DNA of 64,000 bases, from NCBI GenBank assembly GCA_963727455.1, contig CAVSGG010000009.1, forward strand, positions 192,001 to 256,000, written 5' to 3'. Source of the stretch: Candidatus Krumholzibacteriota bacterium (GTDB lineage Bacteria; Krumholzibacteriota; Krumholzibacteriia; JAJRXK01). Under the pieces are notes generated by a model that did not search any database, was not told where the DNA came from, and saw nothing but the letters and a program-made list of their open reading frames with translations. Numbering within the stretch: the first letter of the stretch is position 1; each line of letters begins with the position of its first letter. Positions 62,555 through 64,000 of the stretch are shown one piece after another. The position numbers and the translations under genes were made by a program.

Positions 62555-63166
62555 TCAACGTCCTTTTGTCACTGATTTACTAGCCATCGAGGCCTTCAGT
62601 TTTCCTACGCTGCGGGAGGGGGTCAGGACGACGCTACTATCGTCTGCGATGTTACCAACGTACATCCACTCGGCATTGCGCGGCTTACGATACCATTCCC
62701 CATGATCAGTCAAAGCATGCTGGCGGCCGTCGGCTGGGGCATACATGTAGCTGCCGTTGACCGTTAGTGCAACAAATTGTCCAGTAGCAGGGTGTCCTGC
62801 AAGTGTGCCTATGTTGCCCTCGTGGGTCCACCTGCTGCCATGCGCAAAGGACTGGAAGAAATACTCACCCGATGCTGTAACCGAGCATTGGAGCTCCGAT
62901 GTGGGGGTCTGATGAGCAAGTGCAACAATCTTATCACCTGCGTTGGCGTACCCAGCTTCGTCAAAGATATTACGTTCTAGTCGCCATCTCATGTCCTCCC
63001 CTTGACTAACAATGTCGCCAGATCCAGTCACCGCGTAGAATGCGAGGGCCGTGTCATTTCCATAGAGACCGTGCGGGAAGATTGCTACGAAGCTGTCGGT
63101 TGTTTGGGGAAATGCAGGGGACACAAGACTAAAAATGGTGAATGTTAGAAGTAGCCAAATCTTCAT
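62555..63166 (-). CDS. Secreted hypothetical protein (cassette-like)
   Basis: Signal peptide MKIWLLL..; C-terminal SVGKLKA; GGGAG RBS. Confidence 0.65.
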   Translation of the reverse strand: MKIWLLLTFTIFSLVSPAFPQTTDSFVAIFPHGLYGNDTALAFYAVTGSGDIVSQGEDMRWRLERNIFDEAGYANAGDKIVALAHQTPTSELQCSVTASGEYFFQSFAHGSRWTHEGNIGTLAGHPATGQFVALTVNGSYMYAPADGRQHALTDHGEWYRKPRNAEWMYVGNIADDSSVVLTPSRSVGKLKASMASKSVTKGR

Positions 63167-63410
63167 CGGAACTCCCTTCGGTTCGATCAATACGCTCAGC
63201 TACGCACCCATGACGTATGCCAGCGAGAACTATTCTATATACTGACCTAAGAGACTTGTCTAGGTAGTGTCCAGAATCTTTCACACATTCTCTGAGAGAT
63301 TGCTCTCGAGCTGGTCGCTCCAGATCGAGGACTACCCCTCACCTTCAAATGTGCAAAAGAAACCGTACGTTATCACTTGCTCGCTAATACACCGATTTTC
63401 CTAGGTTTTC

Positions 63411-63939
63411 CCCAGGACGCGACGATCGCCAGGGCACCGTCCACTGCGCGCAGCCGCAGCTGGGCACGCCTGCTGCGCAGGATCTTCGAGCTGGACCCCA
63501 TGCTCTGCCCGCAGTGCGGGGGAACCATGAAGATCGTGTCGGTGATCGACGAAGCAGCGGTGGTGGACCGGATTCTCAGACACCTGGTACGGATCGGCGG
63601 CAACGACCCGCACGAGGGGACGGCGCAACGAGCTCCGCCAAGAGCATGAACCCCTACCAGTACCCTCAGCCTCCCGACGAACGCGCAAGGGCACGAGCGT
63701 CGGGAGTACGGTGTGCCCAAGGATAGGTGGAAGCCGCTCAGGTGGGCGCATGTCGGGCGAACAGAGTTGCGGTAGGGTGAGTCGGGGATCGACAATCAAT
63801 CCTCATCGTGATCATCGCACCGAGAACACAGCGCAAAGAGCACCCGTTCTGAAGTTCGGTGCTCGCTTTTCAGCTAAAGCGCCGTATACAATCCACTATC
63901 CGTTTTTTCAGCTAAAGCGCCGTATACAATCCACTATCC
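63411..63939 (+). mobile_element. IS91/ISCR-type remnant, copy 3 (shorter 5' truncation, ori end present)
   Basis: Near-identical to about 53022-53514; ends CTATCC followed by GTTC. Confidence 0.88.
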
Positions 63940-63942
63940 GTT
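63867..63942 (+). repeat. Exact tandem duplication (2 x 38 bp) of the element tip
   Basis: TTTTCAGCTAAAGCGCCGTATACAATCCACTATCCGTT twice. Confidence 0.95.
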
Positions 63943-64000
63943 CGCCTGTAGCCTATTTCTCACAGCACCAGGATATTCCCAGGAGCAAGACCACCTCGAC

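Overview
GC-rich bacterial chromosome segment. The PNPFNP/FlgD-type C-terminal secretion domains suggest an uncultured FCB-related lineage such as Latescibacterota or Krumholzibacteriota; this is inference. Bases 1-34.6 kb are mostly core genes: a frameshifted ALDH7-type dehydrogenase, a radical SAM protein, an RluA synthase, a Tat-exported SOR-like protein, surface-glycan genes (Wzx, two GT2, gmhA, WaaL-like, acetyltransferase, DegT), an M16 peptidase pair, BCP, an M14 peptidase, Btu-like ABC uptake plus PduO, TerB, a RelA/SpoT-fold protein, hemH, arfB and pruA. Bases 34.7-64 kb are an accessory region: an HNH nuclease, three co-oriented truncated IS91/ISCR-type remnants (two with tandemly duplicated ori tips), IS30, IS3/IS481-type and IS66 elements, BlaI/M56 with secreted proteases, a doubly IS-interrupted FG-GAP/FlgD protein and an attC-bounded cassette-like array with no integrase in the window. 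The best novelty candidates are (1) an approximately 460-nt stem-dense intergenic region at 20146-20624 with a -10 box and an intrinsic terminator (candidate large ncRNA), (2) the IS91 ori-tip duplications bracketing cargo blocks, (3) the attC array and (4) a degenerate pyruvate-kinase-like protein. Clustered indels in the first 1.6 kb suggest sequencing error, so single frameshifts should be read cautiously. All family calls come from motif recognition by eye; no searches were run.
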